Part shown: piece after piece, positions 1-10,340 of the stretch
How positions within the stretch are numbered: the first letter of the stretch is position 1
Layout of the letters: every line of letters starts with the position of its first letter
From: an uncultured bacterium
GTDB lineage: Bacteria; Babelota; Babeliae; Babelales; RVW-14
Length of the DNA stretch: 64,000 bases
Reading direction: 5' to 3'
Assembly (NCBI GenBank): GCA_963759805.1
Contig: CAVXAT010000002.1
Span: 96,001 to 160,000, forward strand
Notes under the pieces: model-generated
What the model saw: only the letters and a program-made list of their open reading frames with translations
Database searches by the model: none
What the model was told of the DNA's origin: nothing
Made by a program: the position numbers and the translations under genes

Positions 1-86
1 TTTTATTCCAATATTTCCCAAAAATCCCCAAATTCGATAACATTCATTCTCAGTGTTACCTTCAAAATTATTAGTAAGAAATATCC

Positions 87-1421
87 ATGCTAGATCGAAA
101 TAAAATAGCCCAAGAACTTGAAAAATTAAACTCCAATATTTTTACTTATGACGACAAGCAGTTCAACACGGCCTGCAGTAAATGGCAGGAGATCATCCAA
201 AAACCCGATTTTAAAAAACAGGTCATAACGTCAAAAAGCTCATTTTTGCTACCAAGCTGGCAAGGCAGATTAACCGATGTATTTGAAATTAAACCTGATC
301 TTAAAAATTATGCTGTACTGGCCGTTGACGGATCACAAATTTATCCCGACAGACACATTTCGGGCATAAACTGTTTTTTAATCAACACGGGGCAATGTTT
401 GCTGGAGTATGGGCAAACAAGCAAGGCGACTCTGACATCACAGCCATATGTTTTCACACCGGACAATGTGTTTGAGCAAAAGCCGGCACCCTACTTCGCA
501 CCTGAAGTGCTACGACGGGCAGGCAGGCAGGACGATCCCTCGATACAAATTTGCTTCGCAAATTCACTCCCAGCCGTCGCTCTAACGAGCTATGGCGGGC
601 ACGGCGGGACGAGCGGGGGGGGCATCGAACCATTTCAACGGGTTCTTGATTTTGGGGATTTCTCACCCGATATAGTCGACTTAAAACGCGAAGAGCTTGA
701 ACTTGAAACTTCGTTTAAAACAGCACAGGAATTAAATCAAAAGTATTTAACTCAAAACAAACCGTTTGCCGTTTTTGCCGACGGCAGCCTAATTTTTTGG
801 CAACTTGAAAGCAAATCCCCTGAAGTTAAAAAACACTTTCTTACTAAATATTTTGAGCATCTGAACAGTTTTTATGAAAAAAATATCCCAATTGCCGGAT
901 ATATCAGCATGCCAAAAAGCCGTGAGTTAATAAATTTAATAAAAATCGGACTTTGTAGATTTGAAGTTGCCAACTGTATTCCATGCCACAGCATGCACAA
1001 AACGTTTCCATGCAAAGACGTTGAACATGTCCTGGACACGCAACTTACATCAACTTTTTTGAACCAAAATTTTAGAACAACAATTTTTTACAGCAGTTCA
1101 AAAGTCGTAGATCTTTATCCGGAACATTTAAAGCCATGCTTTGTTTATCTAAACGTGGGACAGGAGATTGTACGACTTGAATTCCCAATTTGGATGGCTC
1201 AAAATCCGAAATATCTGGATTTAATCTGTAAAATCGCAATTGATCAATCAATCAAAGGACAAGGGTATCCGGTAGTTCTGTCGGAGGCTCACGAACAAGC
1301 GGTAGTCAAAAATAACGACCAAGAGTTCTTTTATAAGTTAATTTGCAAAAAAAGCATCGAGCAAAATCAACGAATCTTACTTTCGCCCAAAAGCATTAAG
1401 AAGCATAATGTCAGTATTTAG
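87..1421 (+). CDS. nurA: NurA-family 5'-3' nuclease with an in-frame palindromic-repeat insertion
   Basis: Motifs AVDGSQ, FADGSL, GYIS, RLEFP, GYPxxLxEAHE typical of the NurA domain; GC-rich insert at about 483-647. Confidence 0.85.
   Translation: MLDRNKIAQELEKLNSNIFTYDDKQFNTACSKWQEIIQKPDFKKQVITSKSSFLLPSWQGRLTDVFEIKPDLKNYAVLAVDGSQIYPDRHISGINCFLINTGQCLLEYGQTSKATLTSQPYVFTPDNVFEQKPAPYFAPEVLRRAGRQDDPSIQICFANSLPAVALTSYGGHGGTSGGGIEPFQRVLDFGDFSPDIVDLKREELELETSFKTAQELNQKYLTQNKPFAVFADGSLIFWQLESKSPEVKKHFLTKYFEHLNSFYEKNIPIAGYISMPKSRELINLIKIGLCRFEVANCIPCHSMHKTFPCKDVEHVLDTQLTSTFLNQNFRTTIFYSSSKVVDLYPEHLKPCFVYLNVGQEIVRLEFPIWMAQNPKYLDLICKIAIDQSIKGQGYPVVLSEAHEQAVVKNNDQEFFYKLICKKSIEQNQRILLSPKSIKKHNVSI
489..524 (+). 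repeat. 36-nt hairpin element, copy 1 (in nurA)
   Basis: ccctacttcgcacctgaagtgctacgacgggcaggc; aligns with copies at 570, 37404 and 45747. Confidence 0.75.
535..616 (+). repeat. Palindromic host repeat with a nested 36-nt element (570-605), in nurA
   Basis: atccctcgatac-aaatttgc ttc gcaaatt-cactc | ccagccgtcgctctaacgagctatggcgggcacggc | gggacgagcgg. Confidence 0.8.
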
Positions 1422-1432
1422 ATACCAAATAT

Positions 1433-2596
1433 TTAAAGCAGCCGACCTAGCATTTTCAAATAAAGTCGTGGCATAAAATCCTGTAAAATCTTTGTAACTT
1501 TTTGATAATCTTCCGTACTAATCTCGGCTTTGGTCTCATGAGATGTTCCTGACTTGAGTTTTTGAGTTAAATCACCGTTCTCATCAAGTGAAATGTTTGG
1601 GATTTTCCAGTACCCACCCAAAATCTCAATTTTGGGAACACAATTATCAAAACATAAAATAAAAATCAATCTCATCGTTGGCTCATATAGTTTTTCGCCA
1701 ACCTGAATAATTTTTGAACCTACAAATTCCTGAACAAGACATAAGTCATTTTTATCATCCGCCCAAGATTTAAAGCGAGGATTGATATTTTGGGGTCTCT
1801 TTTTACTGCTATATAATCGTAATGTATATTTCAAAGTTTTTGCCAATTCCTCTTTTGAAACAATAAAAACCCCTTTTCCCATTGTTCCGCAAGCAGGTTT
1901 TATAACATAATAATCGCATTTAAATTCTTCTATAATCTCTTTTGCAGATTTTTGGGCATAACCGGAAACATCACACATATCTAATCGTTTGAGGATTTTA
2001 AATTTCGGACAATATTTACCAAATTCATCGTCATTTAAAATATTTACAGTATTAATCTTACTGTTGACATAAAATGCCGTGGCCAAGTCCCAAATTAAAA
2101 CATTCGGATATTTTTCCCTAAATATTCTAACACTATCATCCATAAAACTTGTACATATAATTGCTTTATAATTTGAAATTTTATAGGGATCTTTAACTGG
2201 TCCATCTTTAACCAGTGCTTTAAATTTACTGCTCTGTTCCAGCTTTTTCAACGACGGTAAAATGGCACCACCACACTTAATTAATGATTCAGTGGCCCTC
2301 ATCTCATCAAATTCGTTTGGTATATAAAAACCACCCACATGCCAAATTGGTAAATTAAATTGCTTTAAATAATTCCAATATTTATCCCAATAAAATCTAT
2401 TCATTCCCTTGAATGCAGAACGGCGACCTTCACCAAATTCACAAATTTTGAAATTTTGTCCATCAAATTTAAAATCAACGATACAAAATGAAATGTCTGC
2501 ACAAATTTGATCACCAAAATACGGAACACGACAGTAAACATTAAAAAAACAGGTAAGTCCCCCTATCAAATTTAATAACAACTTAACGTTTGGCAC
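1433..2596 (-). CDS. ATP-grasp-like ligase (circularly permuted) with signal peptide
   Basis: YVIKPACGTMGKGVFIV, LVQEFV, PTMRL; N-terminal VDFKFDG..KICEFG; paralog of 7667..8914. Confidence 0.65.
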   Translation of the reverse strand: MPNVKLLLNLIGGLTCFFNVYCRVPYFGDQICADISFCIVDFKFDGQNFKICEFGEGRRSAFKGMNRFYWDKYWNYLKQFNLPIWHVGGFYIPNEFDEMRATESLIKCGGAILPSLKKLEQSSKFKALVKDGPVKDPYKISNYKAIICTSFMDDSVRIFREKYPNVLIWDLATAFYVNSKINTVNILNDDEFGKYCPKFKILKRLDMCDVSGYAQKSAKEIIEEFKCDYYVIKPACGTMGKGVFIVSKEELAKTLKYTLRLYSSKKRPQNINPRFKSWADDKNDLCLVQEFVGSKIIQVGEKLYEPTMRLIFILCFDNCVPKIEILGGYWKIPNISLDENGDLTQKLKSGTSHETKAEISTEDYQKVTKILQDFMPRLYLKMLGRLL

Positions 2597-2610
2597 GACC
2601 TACACCCCTT

Positions 2611-3576
2611 TTATTTTTTTGATTTCAACAACGGATTTCCTTTTAACGGTTGATACTTTTTCATGGAACAAACAACCCGCAATATCTTTTTTTGAAGCTC
2701 TGTATCTACCTTAAAATCGTTCAATCCTGTCGCCCTATCAGCAACATATAAAATATCCGAAATAAACATATGCCTAAACCCGGACATTTCGAGCATTGGA
2801 TACACCATTGCATAATCACTACCCGTTTCAACAAAATCACCCTTATACATCAAATCTTCGCGCTTAATTTTTTTAAATAACCAGGCATAGTAGGATCTAA
2901 GCCCGGATGAATTCCAACCAAATTCTCTAAACTGATTTCTCTTAATAACATCATCAGGATATGCCTTTTGTGGTCGAATCATATTCTGTGGCCAGCTCAG
3001 CAAACTACCATATGTCATCCAAATATTTGGGTCCTGATAAATTTTGTTTAACAATGCCAAAACGTGATCATTCGCCCAGTAATCATCACCGTCGCAGGAT
3101 GCAATTATATCAAAATCATCACACATATAAACTGCATTGTATATATTGGCCATGGCTTTACGTCGCTCTGTATTCTTTATCAATATTACACGATGCTCTT
3201 GGTTTTTCTCTTTGATATATTTTTCGACCAAATCTCCGGTTCCATCAGGCGATGCATCATCAATATAAATTACATTATAGTTATCATATTTCTGCATAAA
3301 AATTGAATCGAGATTTCTTTTATAACGTGTACTGTTATTGTATGATGGAATAATAACAACAAAATGCTTTTCTTCGCTTGTTTTGAGCTCTTTTAACTTA
3401 TCCCAAAGGACATTATACACAGAAAGATCTACAACCCCATTTTTCATCGGCGCAGGAATGTATCTCTTTGAAGAACTAGTTTTTTTACATGTAACACGAT
3501 GTCCGGTATCATACGCAAAAGCTTCAAAACCAATAAATATTAAACATATAAGTAAAATAATCGATTTTTTTTTCAT
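2611..3576 (-). CDS. GT2 family glycosyltransferase with signal peptide
   Basis: IIPSYN, IDDASPDGT, CDGDDY; start MKKKSIILLICLIFIGFEAFA after AGGAG. Confidence 0.85.
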   Translation of the reverse strand: MKKKSIILLICLIFIGFEAFAYDTGHRVTCKKTSSSKRYIPAPMKNGVVDLSVYNVLWDKLKELKTSEEKHFVVIIPSYNNSTRYKRNLDSIFMQKYDNYNVIYIDDASPDGTGDLVEKYIKEKNQEHRVILIKNTERRKAMANIYNAVYMCDDFDIIASCDGDDYWANDHVLALLNKIYQDPNIWMTYGSLLSWPQNMIRPQKAYPDDVIKRNQFREFGWNSSGLRSYYAWLFKKIKREDLMYKGDFVETGSDYAMVYPMLEMSGFRHMFISDILYVADRATGLNDFKVDTELQKKILRVVCSMKKYQPLKGNPLLKSKK

Positions 3577-3697
3577 AGCAACAACACTCCTTTTTTTACT
3601 ATTGAAAAACATATATTAATAACTTATCATAAACTTATTCAAAGGGAAGATTTTTTAGGAAGAAATGCTTACTCGCAAAATCTTAAAGGAGAATATA

Positions 3698-4966
3698 ATG
3701 TTTAAGTACATGGCACTGTTTGTTTTTTCGGTGCTTTGCTTACCATATCCTCATTGTATATCTAAAAGTATATCAAAAACACATGAATCGTTTAAATACT
3801 TTGATTTTGGATATGATAGGGAAATAGATAAACAAAGTAATATTAATATTTTGTTAGCTCGATTTCGTAAAGCTGATTGCGGAGTTCAGCATCATATTTT
3901 TGCCTTGTATAAGCTACTGCTTGATGAAGGAATAAAAGTAAATATCGTAGTCATACAAAATACATCCCTGCAAAAAAGATTATACAACGCAAGACTTCCA
4001 CATTTTGCAATCAGTGAAAACCCCAAGGATGAATTTAATCATTTTTATTCTGCAACTAGCAAAATTTGTAAGCAAACAAAGGCAAATATTATTCATATTA
4101 ATGGTGCTAATTTAGAATATAGAGTTGCTCAAGCAGTTGCAAAAGATTTAAATCTAGCAATAATTCAACAACATCATGACTACAAAGAACCAAATTTAAA
4201 TATATGTAAAAATATTGATGCACTAATATTGGTTAGCCCAGAATTGACAATTCGTTTACCCCAAAAAGATATCTATAAAAATATCAATGTTAAATTTATA
4301 GTTTTTTTCCCACCATTATGCAATGAAGAAAAATTTTTGAATTTCAAACCAATGTACTCCAAAAAAGATTTTTTTAAAGAAAAATTTGGAATTGATATCA
4401 AAAAATCACCAATTTTATGCACCGTCGCAAATTTTTATTATTGTAAAAATCATGAAACCCTTTTCAAGGCCATTCATAATTTAATTTTTAAATATAAAAA
4501 TGAAGTACAACTTGTCCTTGCCGGAACGGGAACAAGTAAAAGAATCACACAACTAAAGAAACTTTGTATCGATCTGAAAATAGATTCCAATGTTTATTTT
4601 CTTAATTTTGTTGAAGATATTCCAGAACTTTTATATCACAGTGACATAAAAATTTTGCCTAGCATTGGAGAAGCATTTTCAATTGCAATAATAGAAGCAT
4701 CTTTGATGAAAAAACCAATAATTCTTTCAAAAACGGCAGGATCGGCTAACCTATTAATCAAAGACATGGAAACAGGCCTTTTATGCGATCCATATGATGC
4801 TGAAGATATAGCAGCACAAATTAATAAAATTTTGAACAATAAAGATTTGGCATTGAAACTTTCAGAAAATGTTTATAGCTTTGTCGTTAAAAATTTTTCA
4901 AGAAAAAACATAGGTCAAATCTATATTAATTTGTATGAAAAAGTTCTTAACAATTCCCGCAAATAA
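3698..4966 (+). CDS. GT4 family glycosyltransferase with signal peptide
   Basis: LPSIGEAFSIAIIEA (EX7E), ETGLL; start MFKYMALFVFSVLCL after AAGGAG. Confidence 0.85.
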   Translation: MFKYMALFVFSVLCLPYPHCISKSISKTHESFKYFDFGYDREIDKQSNINILLARFRKADCGVQHHIFALYKLLLDEGIKVNIVVIQNTSLQKRLYNARLPHFAISENPKDEFNHFYSATSKICKQTKANIIHINGANLEYRVAQAVAKDLNLAIIQQHHDYKEPNLNICKNIDALILVSPELTIRLPQKDIYKNINVKFIVFFPPLCNEEKFLNFKPMYSKKDFFKEKFGIDIKKSPILCTVANFYYCKNHETLFKAIHNLIFKYKNEVQLVLAGTGTSKRITQLKKLCIDLKIDSNVYFLNFVEDIPELLYHSDIKILPSIGEAFSIAIIEASLMKKPIILSKTAGSANLLIKDMETGLLCDPYDAEDIAAQINKILNNKDLALKLSENVYSFVVKNFSRKNIGQIYINLYEKVLNNSRK

Positions 4967-4985
4967 TTTTACTCAAAAAGCTTAT

Positions 4986-5840
4986 TTATTCCAAATCACT
5001 TTTCAATAAAGGCTTATATTGCGGTAGTTTTTTAATTTTTGAAGAAACATTCTTTGCTGTGTTAATAGATGCCTTATTATTTCTAAGCTTACGCCAATAA
5101 CTATTTGAGTTATCGGTATTGTAAACATACAGTATTTTGTTTATAAATTTTGAATGGAAACCGGACATTTCAAGCATAGGAAACATAATTGCCACATCAC
5201 CACAAACTCGAACAAATTTACCATCAAAGATCAAGTCCTCTATCTTAATTCTTTTATATAACCATGCATAAAAAGTACGCAAATGTGAGGTAACCCATTT
5301 ATATGATCTAATTTTATTTTTACTTATGATATCTTTTGGAAGGAATTCACTATTACCGGACTTTCCGCCCGGGTAGGTCATAAATCGCCCGTAAGTTATC
5401 CAAACACTCGAATCCAAATAAACTTTATTTAAATATTCAAGAACATCATCTCCCGCAAGCCAATCATCACCATCAACAATCAAGACTATCTCATCATCAT
5501 CAAGTGAATGAACGGCCCTATAAATATTCTCATGCGCACCAACATTAATTTTATTCTTAACAAGCCTAAATTTAGATTTTAATTCAGAATTGTTTTCTAG
5601 ATACGCTTGGATATAATCAGACATCCCATCATCTGAACAATCATCATAGTAAACTACTCTAAAATTTTTATAGGTCTGGCAGGCAATTGAATCTAAATAC
5701 TTTTGAACATATTTAACATTATTAAAGGAAGCAGTCACAACCGCAAATCGTTTTCCTACAAACTGTTTTGATAGATCTGGTTTTGAAAAACAGTTATTAA
5801 AACTCACAAACAACAAACTCAGTACTAAAACTTTCATCAT
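4986..5840 (-). CDS. GT2 family glycosyltransferase with signal peptide
   Basis: TASFN, YDDCSDD, VDGDDW, SHLRTF; hydrophobic N-terminus. Confidence 0.85.
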   Translation of the reverse strand: MMKVLVLSLLFVSFNNCFSKPDLSKQFVGKRFAVVTASFNNVKYVQKYLDSIACQTYKNFRVVYYDDCSDDGMSDYIQAYLENNSELKSKFRLVKNKINVGAHENIYRAVHSLDDDEIVLIVDGDDWLAGDDVLEYLNKVYLDSSVWITYGRFMTYPGGKSGNSEFLPKDIISKNKIRSYKWVTSHLRTFYAWLYKRIKIEDLIFDGKFVRVCGDVAIMFPMLEMSGFHSKFINKILYVYNTDNSNSYWRKLRNNKASINTAKNVSSKIKKLPQYKPLLKSDLE

Positions 5841-5848
5841 AATTTCTC

Positions 5849-7180
5849 CTAACTTCTTTTATATTCAGATTTTTCAATAATGCTACCGTTTTTTTTAGAC
5901 TCAATAGGCCTAGCCGCAATAACATTTTTATGCTCAATTACTTGCTTGTATAAATCCAAATAATGGCTTGATACTTTTTCAATAGACAAGTTATTCAAAA
6001 CAAATTCATAAGCATTTTCTCCAAGACTCTTTGCAAATCTAGGATCATTAATAAGCCTTTTTATCTGTAATGCGATGTCCTTGAATTTTTGGGGATCACA
6101 CAAAAGTCCCGATTTCTCGTGCTCTATAATCAATCCAGCCGTACCAGCAGTTCGAGAAAGAACTATTGGTTTTTTCATCAATGCAGCTTCAACAATAGCA
6201 ATGGAAAAAGATTCGCCCCAACTAGGCAAAACTTTTATATCAGAATGGAATAATAGCTCCGGGATATCACCAACATATCCAACAAAATAAACATTTTCTG
6301 CTATTTTCAATTTTTTACACAGTGCCTTATATTTTTCAACGCTTCTAGCTGGACCGGACCCAGCCAATACAACCTGAACAGGCATTTTTTCAACATAAAT
6401 TAACTCGTGAATAGCTTCAAGAAAAGTTTGATGATTCTTACAATAATAAAAATTAGCTATCATGCATATTACAGGACAATTTTTAATTTTGATTTTAAGT
6501 TTTTGCTCAAAAAACTCAGACCTTGAATATTTAGGACAAAATTTCAAAAACTTTTCATTGTCACAAATTGGCGGAATAAACTTTATGATACCTGGATTAA
6601 TAGCCCCATTTTCCTTTTTATTTTGCAAATCAGCAGTTAAGGCAGGACTCGATAAAATCAATGCATCAATATTGCTACATAAATTAAAATCAAAAACTTT
6701 GTAAGAATGATATTGTTGAACAATCATTAAATTAAATTTTTTTGCGAGAGCCTGCGCAATTTTTAGTTCAAAATCAAATCCATTAACATGAATTATTTTT
6801 ATGCCGAAGTTATCGCAAATTTTTGCTACACTGCTTGTATAAAATTTTAACTCTTTACTTGAAGTCCCTCCTGAAATAGCAAAGTGTGGAAGCTTGGCAT
6901 CAAGCAAGCGTTTTTGCAATTTTGTCCCCTTTGCAACAACAATATGAACATCTATTCCCATTTCATATAATTTTTTATAAAGAGTAAAAACATGATGCTG
7001 GACCCCGGTTTCAATTTTATGAAATCTAACTAAAAGAATTGGCACAATTTTTTTATTCACAGTTCGAATAACTCGCTTAGAACCAAAAGAAAAATACTCA
7101 AACCTACCGCTCTTTTCTTGCGCCAAACAGTTTTGAAAATAAAATAAAGAGAACATTAAAACAAAAGCCTGTATATTCAT
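5849..7180 (-). CDS. GT4 family glycosyltransferase with signal peptide
   Basis: LPSWGESFSIAIVEA; start MNIQAFVLMFSLFYFQNCLA; paralog of 3698 and 19542 genes. Confidence 0.85.
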   Translation of the reverse strand: MNIQAFVLMFSLFYFQNCLAQEKSGRFEYFSFGSKRVIRTVNKKIVPILLVRFHKIETGVQHHVFTLYKKLYEMGIDVHIVVAKGTKLQKRLLDAKLPHFAISGGTSSKELKFYTSSVAKICDNFGIKIIHVNGFDFELKIAQALAKKFNLMIVQQYHSYKVFDFNLCSNIDALILSSPALTADLQNKKENGAINPGIIKFIPPICDNEKFLKFCPKYSRSEFFEQKLKIKIKNCPVICMIANFYYCKNHQTFLEAIHELIYVEKMPVQVVLAGSGPARSVEKYKALCKKLKIAENVYFVGYVGDIPELLFHSDIKVLPSWGESFSIAIVEAALMKKPIVLSRTAGTAGLIIEHEKSGLLCDPQKFKDIALQIKRLINDPRFAKSLGENAYEFVLNNLSIEKVSSHYLDLYKQVIEHKNVIAARPIESKKNGSIIEKSEYKRS

Positions 7181-7268
7181 TGGGCCCTCTTTCATTTTTA
7201 AATTATTTTTTAATCTCACGCAATGGATTATACTGTGTTAAATGCCTTATGTATGTATCAATTTCGAT

Positions 7269-7403
7269 ATGAATGGCTTTATATATATTTGCAAGAGCTC
7301 CAGACCTAGAAGTATTTTATACTAAAAAAATTCATCCGACTTATCTTTATGTGCAGATATATAGTTCTAACAAGCACCCCAGTTCATCAGTAGAGTTATC
7401 ATC
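7269..7403 (-). pseudogene. Relic fragment of a GT2 paralog
   Basis: Manual translation DDNSTD[fs]TGVLV...FLV*NTSRSGALANIYKAIH versus the neighbouring GT2 DDVSPDGTGNLV...LLIKNTERLGAVANIYRAIH. Confidence 0.7.
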
Positions 7404-7427
7404 TTTTCAAATTTGGATAAATTATTC

Positions 7428-7601
7428 TTAATCTTTTGGCTCAAAGTTTAAATTTTTCCCTTCATTACACGGTGAATTTATAAATTCAATGTACCTTATT
7501 CCAAGATCATATTTCTTATTTGCCTCTTGCATAAAGTTAAAAACTTTGAGGCTCGATGACACAAACGCATCGAATCCCTTAAACAATAAAAACTTCTCTT
7601 G
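7428..7601 (-). pseudogene. Relic fragment of a GT4 paralog
   Basis: Manual translation FKGFDAFVSSSLKVFNFMQEANKKYDLGIRYIEFINSPCNEGKNLNFEP versus GT4 NIDALILSSP...IKFIPPICDNEKFLKFCP. Confidence 0.7.
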
Positions 7602-7666
7602 AAAGAAAAATCCTAATAAATTATTATAAACGTATCAAAATAAAGTATCAAACGAAAGGGAGATTG

Positions 7667-8914
7667 ATGAAGTATTTTTTTATCTTTGCCATGACCTCAT
7701 GCTTCGCCTTAAATGCTACCACCATTCCACAAAGGTTTGACGACATATCAAATCTATCCAACAAACTGTTTTTATCCGTTCTTGATCAAACAATTACAAT
7801 TAAGTCCAATTCGTATGCCAACCTACCTCCAAGTCTCTCGTTCTTTTCTGCTGATGCTAAATTTGATGGAGAACGCCTTAAATTTTGCGAACTGGGAAAT
7901 GGGCTGTACGGGGTGATTTACCCCGTCTATGGGCTTCTAGATGAAGAAAAAGCCATTCTATACCCACCATACTGGGAGTTTTTATGGCTTTATACATCCC
8001 AATTTAATATCCCAGTTTGGTGTATAACTTGCTACAAAACAAATATGGCATACAAAACTCTGCAACGACTTGATGGAAAAATATTTAACAACATCGAGTC
8101 CTTCGAAAAATATTTAGAAACAAATTACCCTAAAGAAAAATTAATAACAGAAAAACCTAAGTCCATCGAATCGCATTTAGGAATTCTTGCTTATAACGGA
8201 CCCAGAATTGAGAATAGTAAATTAGAAGAGTTTAAAGCAAGACACCCTGGAATACTTTTCATAAACGATTCTCCGGCACTCTACCAACGCCGTAAAGATC
8301 AAATTCACAAAATTTTTGATGATGAATTTTTGAGCCAATTCAGGCCTCGCTGGGGAGTTTACCCTGCAAAATACAGCACAAAACTTGTCGCGCAAATCAA
8401 ACATGAAATTAAAAGCAAATTCTATATCATCAAGCCACTAGTAGGACGACAGTCACGAGGAATTACACTTGTTGATGAAAAGGATTTGGATTCAACACTA
8501 AAAACTATATTGAAAAAACCAATCAAGAATTACAGAAACAACAAGAAAAAGGGCTCCTCTTTCGATTGGAAAGACTACGAATATGACAAATTCATTGTTG
8601 AGGAATTCGTTGAATCAAAACATATGTTAAAAAATGGGCAACCCCATGATCCAACCCTGCGACTTGGTTTTATAATCAGCCAAAATAATGGGGAAATAAG
8701 CGTTAATGTAATTAATGCCTTCTGGAAATTTCCACTCAAATCCTTAACTGACAATTGTGAGCTAACTGAAAAACATGTAACCAGATCCTTAATTGGCATA
8801 AAAGAACCGGCATTAAATACAGATGCGAAAGATCTGAAAAAAATACGAGAAATTTTAAACACTATGCTACCAAAATTGTATGAAAAATATTTAATCTCAG
8901 GCGAAGGGAGATAA
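7667..8914 (+). CDS. ATP-grasp-like ligase (circularly permuted) with signal peptide
   Basis: YIIKPLVGRQSRGITLV, IVEEFV, DPTLRL; N-terminal ADAKFDG..KFCELGN; MKYFFIFAMTSCFALNA. Confidence 0.65.
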   Translation: MKYFFIFAMTSCFALNATTIPQRFDDISNLSNKLFLSVLDQTITIKSNSYANLPPSLSFFSADAKFDGERLKFCELGNGLYGVIYPVYGLLDEEKAILYPPYWEFLWLYTSQFNIPVWCITCYKTNMAYKTLQRLDGKIFNNIESFEKYLETNYPKEKLITEKPKSIESHLGILAYNGPRIENSKLEEFKARHPGILFINDSPALYQRRKDQIHKIFDDEFLSQFRPRWGVYPAKYSTKLVAQIKHEIKSKFYIIKPLVGRQSRGITLVDEKDLDSTLKTILKKPIKNYRNNKKKGSSFDWKDYEYDKFIVEEFVESKHMLKNGQPHDPTLRLGFIISQNNGEISVNVINAFWKFPLKSLTDNCELTEKHVTRSLIGIKEPALNTDAKDLKKIREILNTMLPKLYEKYLISGEGR

Positions 8915-8916
8915 TA

Positions 8917-10340
8917 ATGGCTAAAAAAACATTAAACATCATTTTTTTGTTCTGTGGGCATCAGTAAGTTTTTGCAATACTTTGTTACATCCGGCTGATA
9001 ATATCTCTTTAAATAAAATAGCTGTTATTGGCGCCGGATACGTAGGGTTAGTAACCGGAGCATGTCTGGCAGAAAAGGGTTTTCCCGTCATTATAGTTGA
9101 AAACAATCTTGCAAAAATTGAAGCTTTATTGAACGGAAAAGTTCCATTTTACGAACCAAAACTAGATAAACTCGTTAAAGACAATATCGATAATAAAAGA
9201 ATTAGCTTTGTAAACAGTATAAAAGAGGCATTTGAACTAAAGCCAAATGTTATTTTTTCATGTGTTGGCACACCTCCCAATGAGAATGGCTCCGCCGATC
9301 TTTCTTATGTTTTCCAAGTCGCTACAGATATAGGAAACAATATGTCTGAGTACTGCTTAATTATAAATAAATCAACAGTTCCGGTTGGAACCTGCGAGAA
9401 AGTTAAAAATATTATTAATACACAACTCAAAAATCGCAGGGGTCTCGATTGATTTTGATGTCGCATCCAATCCAGAATTTTTAAAACAAGGCGATGCCGT
9501 TAGCGACTTCTTTTTTCCGGATAGAATTGTAATTGGTGTTGAAAATAAAAGAGCCGAAGAAATTTTACGTCAAATTTACTCGCCATTTATAATAAATTCC
9601 AACCAATTATTGGTAATGGACATCCCATCTGCCGAACTTACCAAATATGCATCGAATGCTATGCTTGCTACAAGAATAAGTTTTATGAACGAACTTGCAC
9701 TGCTTGCAGACAAAGTTGGTGCAGATATTAATCAGGTCAAACTTGGAATGTCAAAAGATAAAAGAATTGGATCTTATTTCCTCAATGCTGGCATTGGATA
9801 TGGCGGAAGTTGTTTTCCAAAAGATGTTAAAGCTTTGGTGGCAACAGGACTTGAATATGGCCAACCAATGACAATAATCCAAGCAGTAGAAGATGTAAAC
9901 AATAATCAGAGATTAATCTTTGCTCAAGAAATATTAGATTTTTATGGAACAGAAATATCAAATAAAAACATTGGAATTTGGGGGCTTTCATTCAAGCCGG
10001 AAACAGATGATTTACGCTGTGCTCCATCAATCGATATTGTTAGTTTATTACTTGAGCATGGATGCCAAAATCACAGCTTACGACCCGGCTGCACAAAATA
10101 ATTTCAAAGCTCTTTTTGGTAATAAAATAAATTATGCACAAACTTCACAGGAAATTCTTGAACAATGCGACTGCTTGGTTATTTTAACTGAATGGAAAGA
10201 GTTTCTTAAAATATAAGCCATCTGACTTTAATTTATTAAAAGAAAAAGTCGTTTTTGATGGTCGCAACTGCTTTGATCCGGCAGAAATGTTGGATGCTGG
10301 GATCAAATATTTTTGTATAGGCAGAAATTTAAGTTGTTAA
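8917..10340 (+). pseudogene. ugd: UDP-glucose/GDP-mannose 6-dehydrogenase, four frameshifts (possibly sequence errors)
   Basis: IAVIGAGYVG, KSTVP, SNPEFL, GYGGSCFPKD, FKPETDD, DGRN spread over successive frames; shifts near 8945, 9440, 10060, 10210. Confidence 0.85.

Noticed and set aside
8917..10340. Programmed ribosomal frameshifting in ugd
   Set aside because: Four shifts in mixed directions with no consistent slippery site or stimulator; error or decay is more parsimonious
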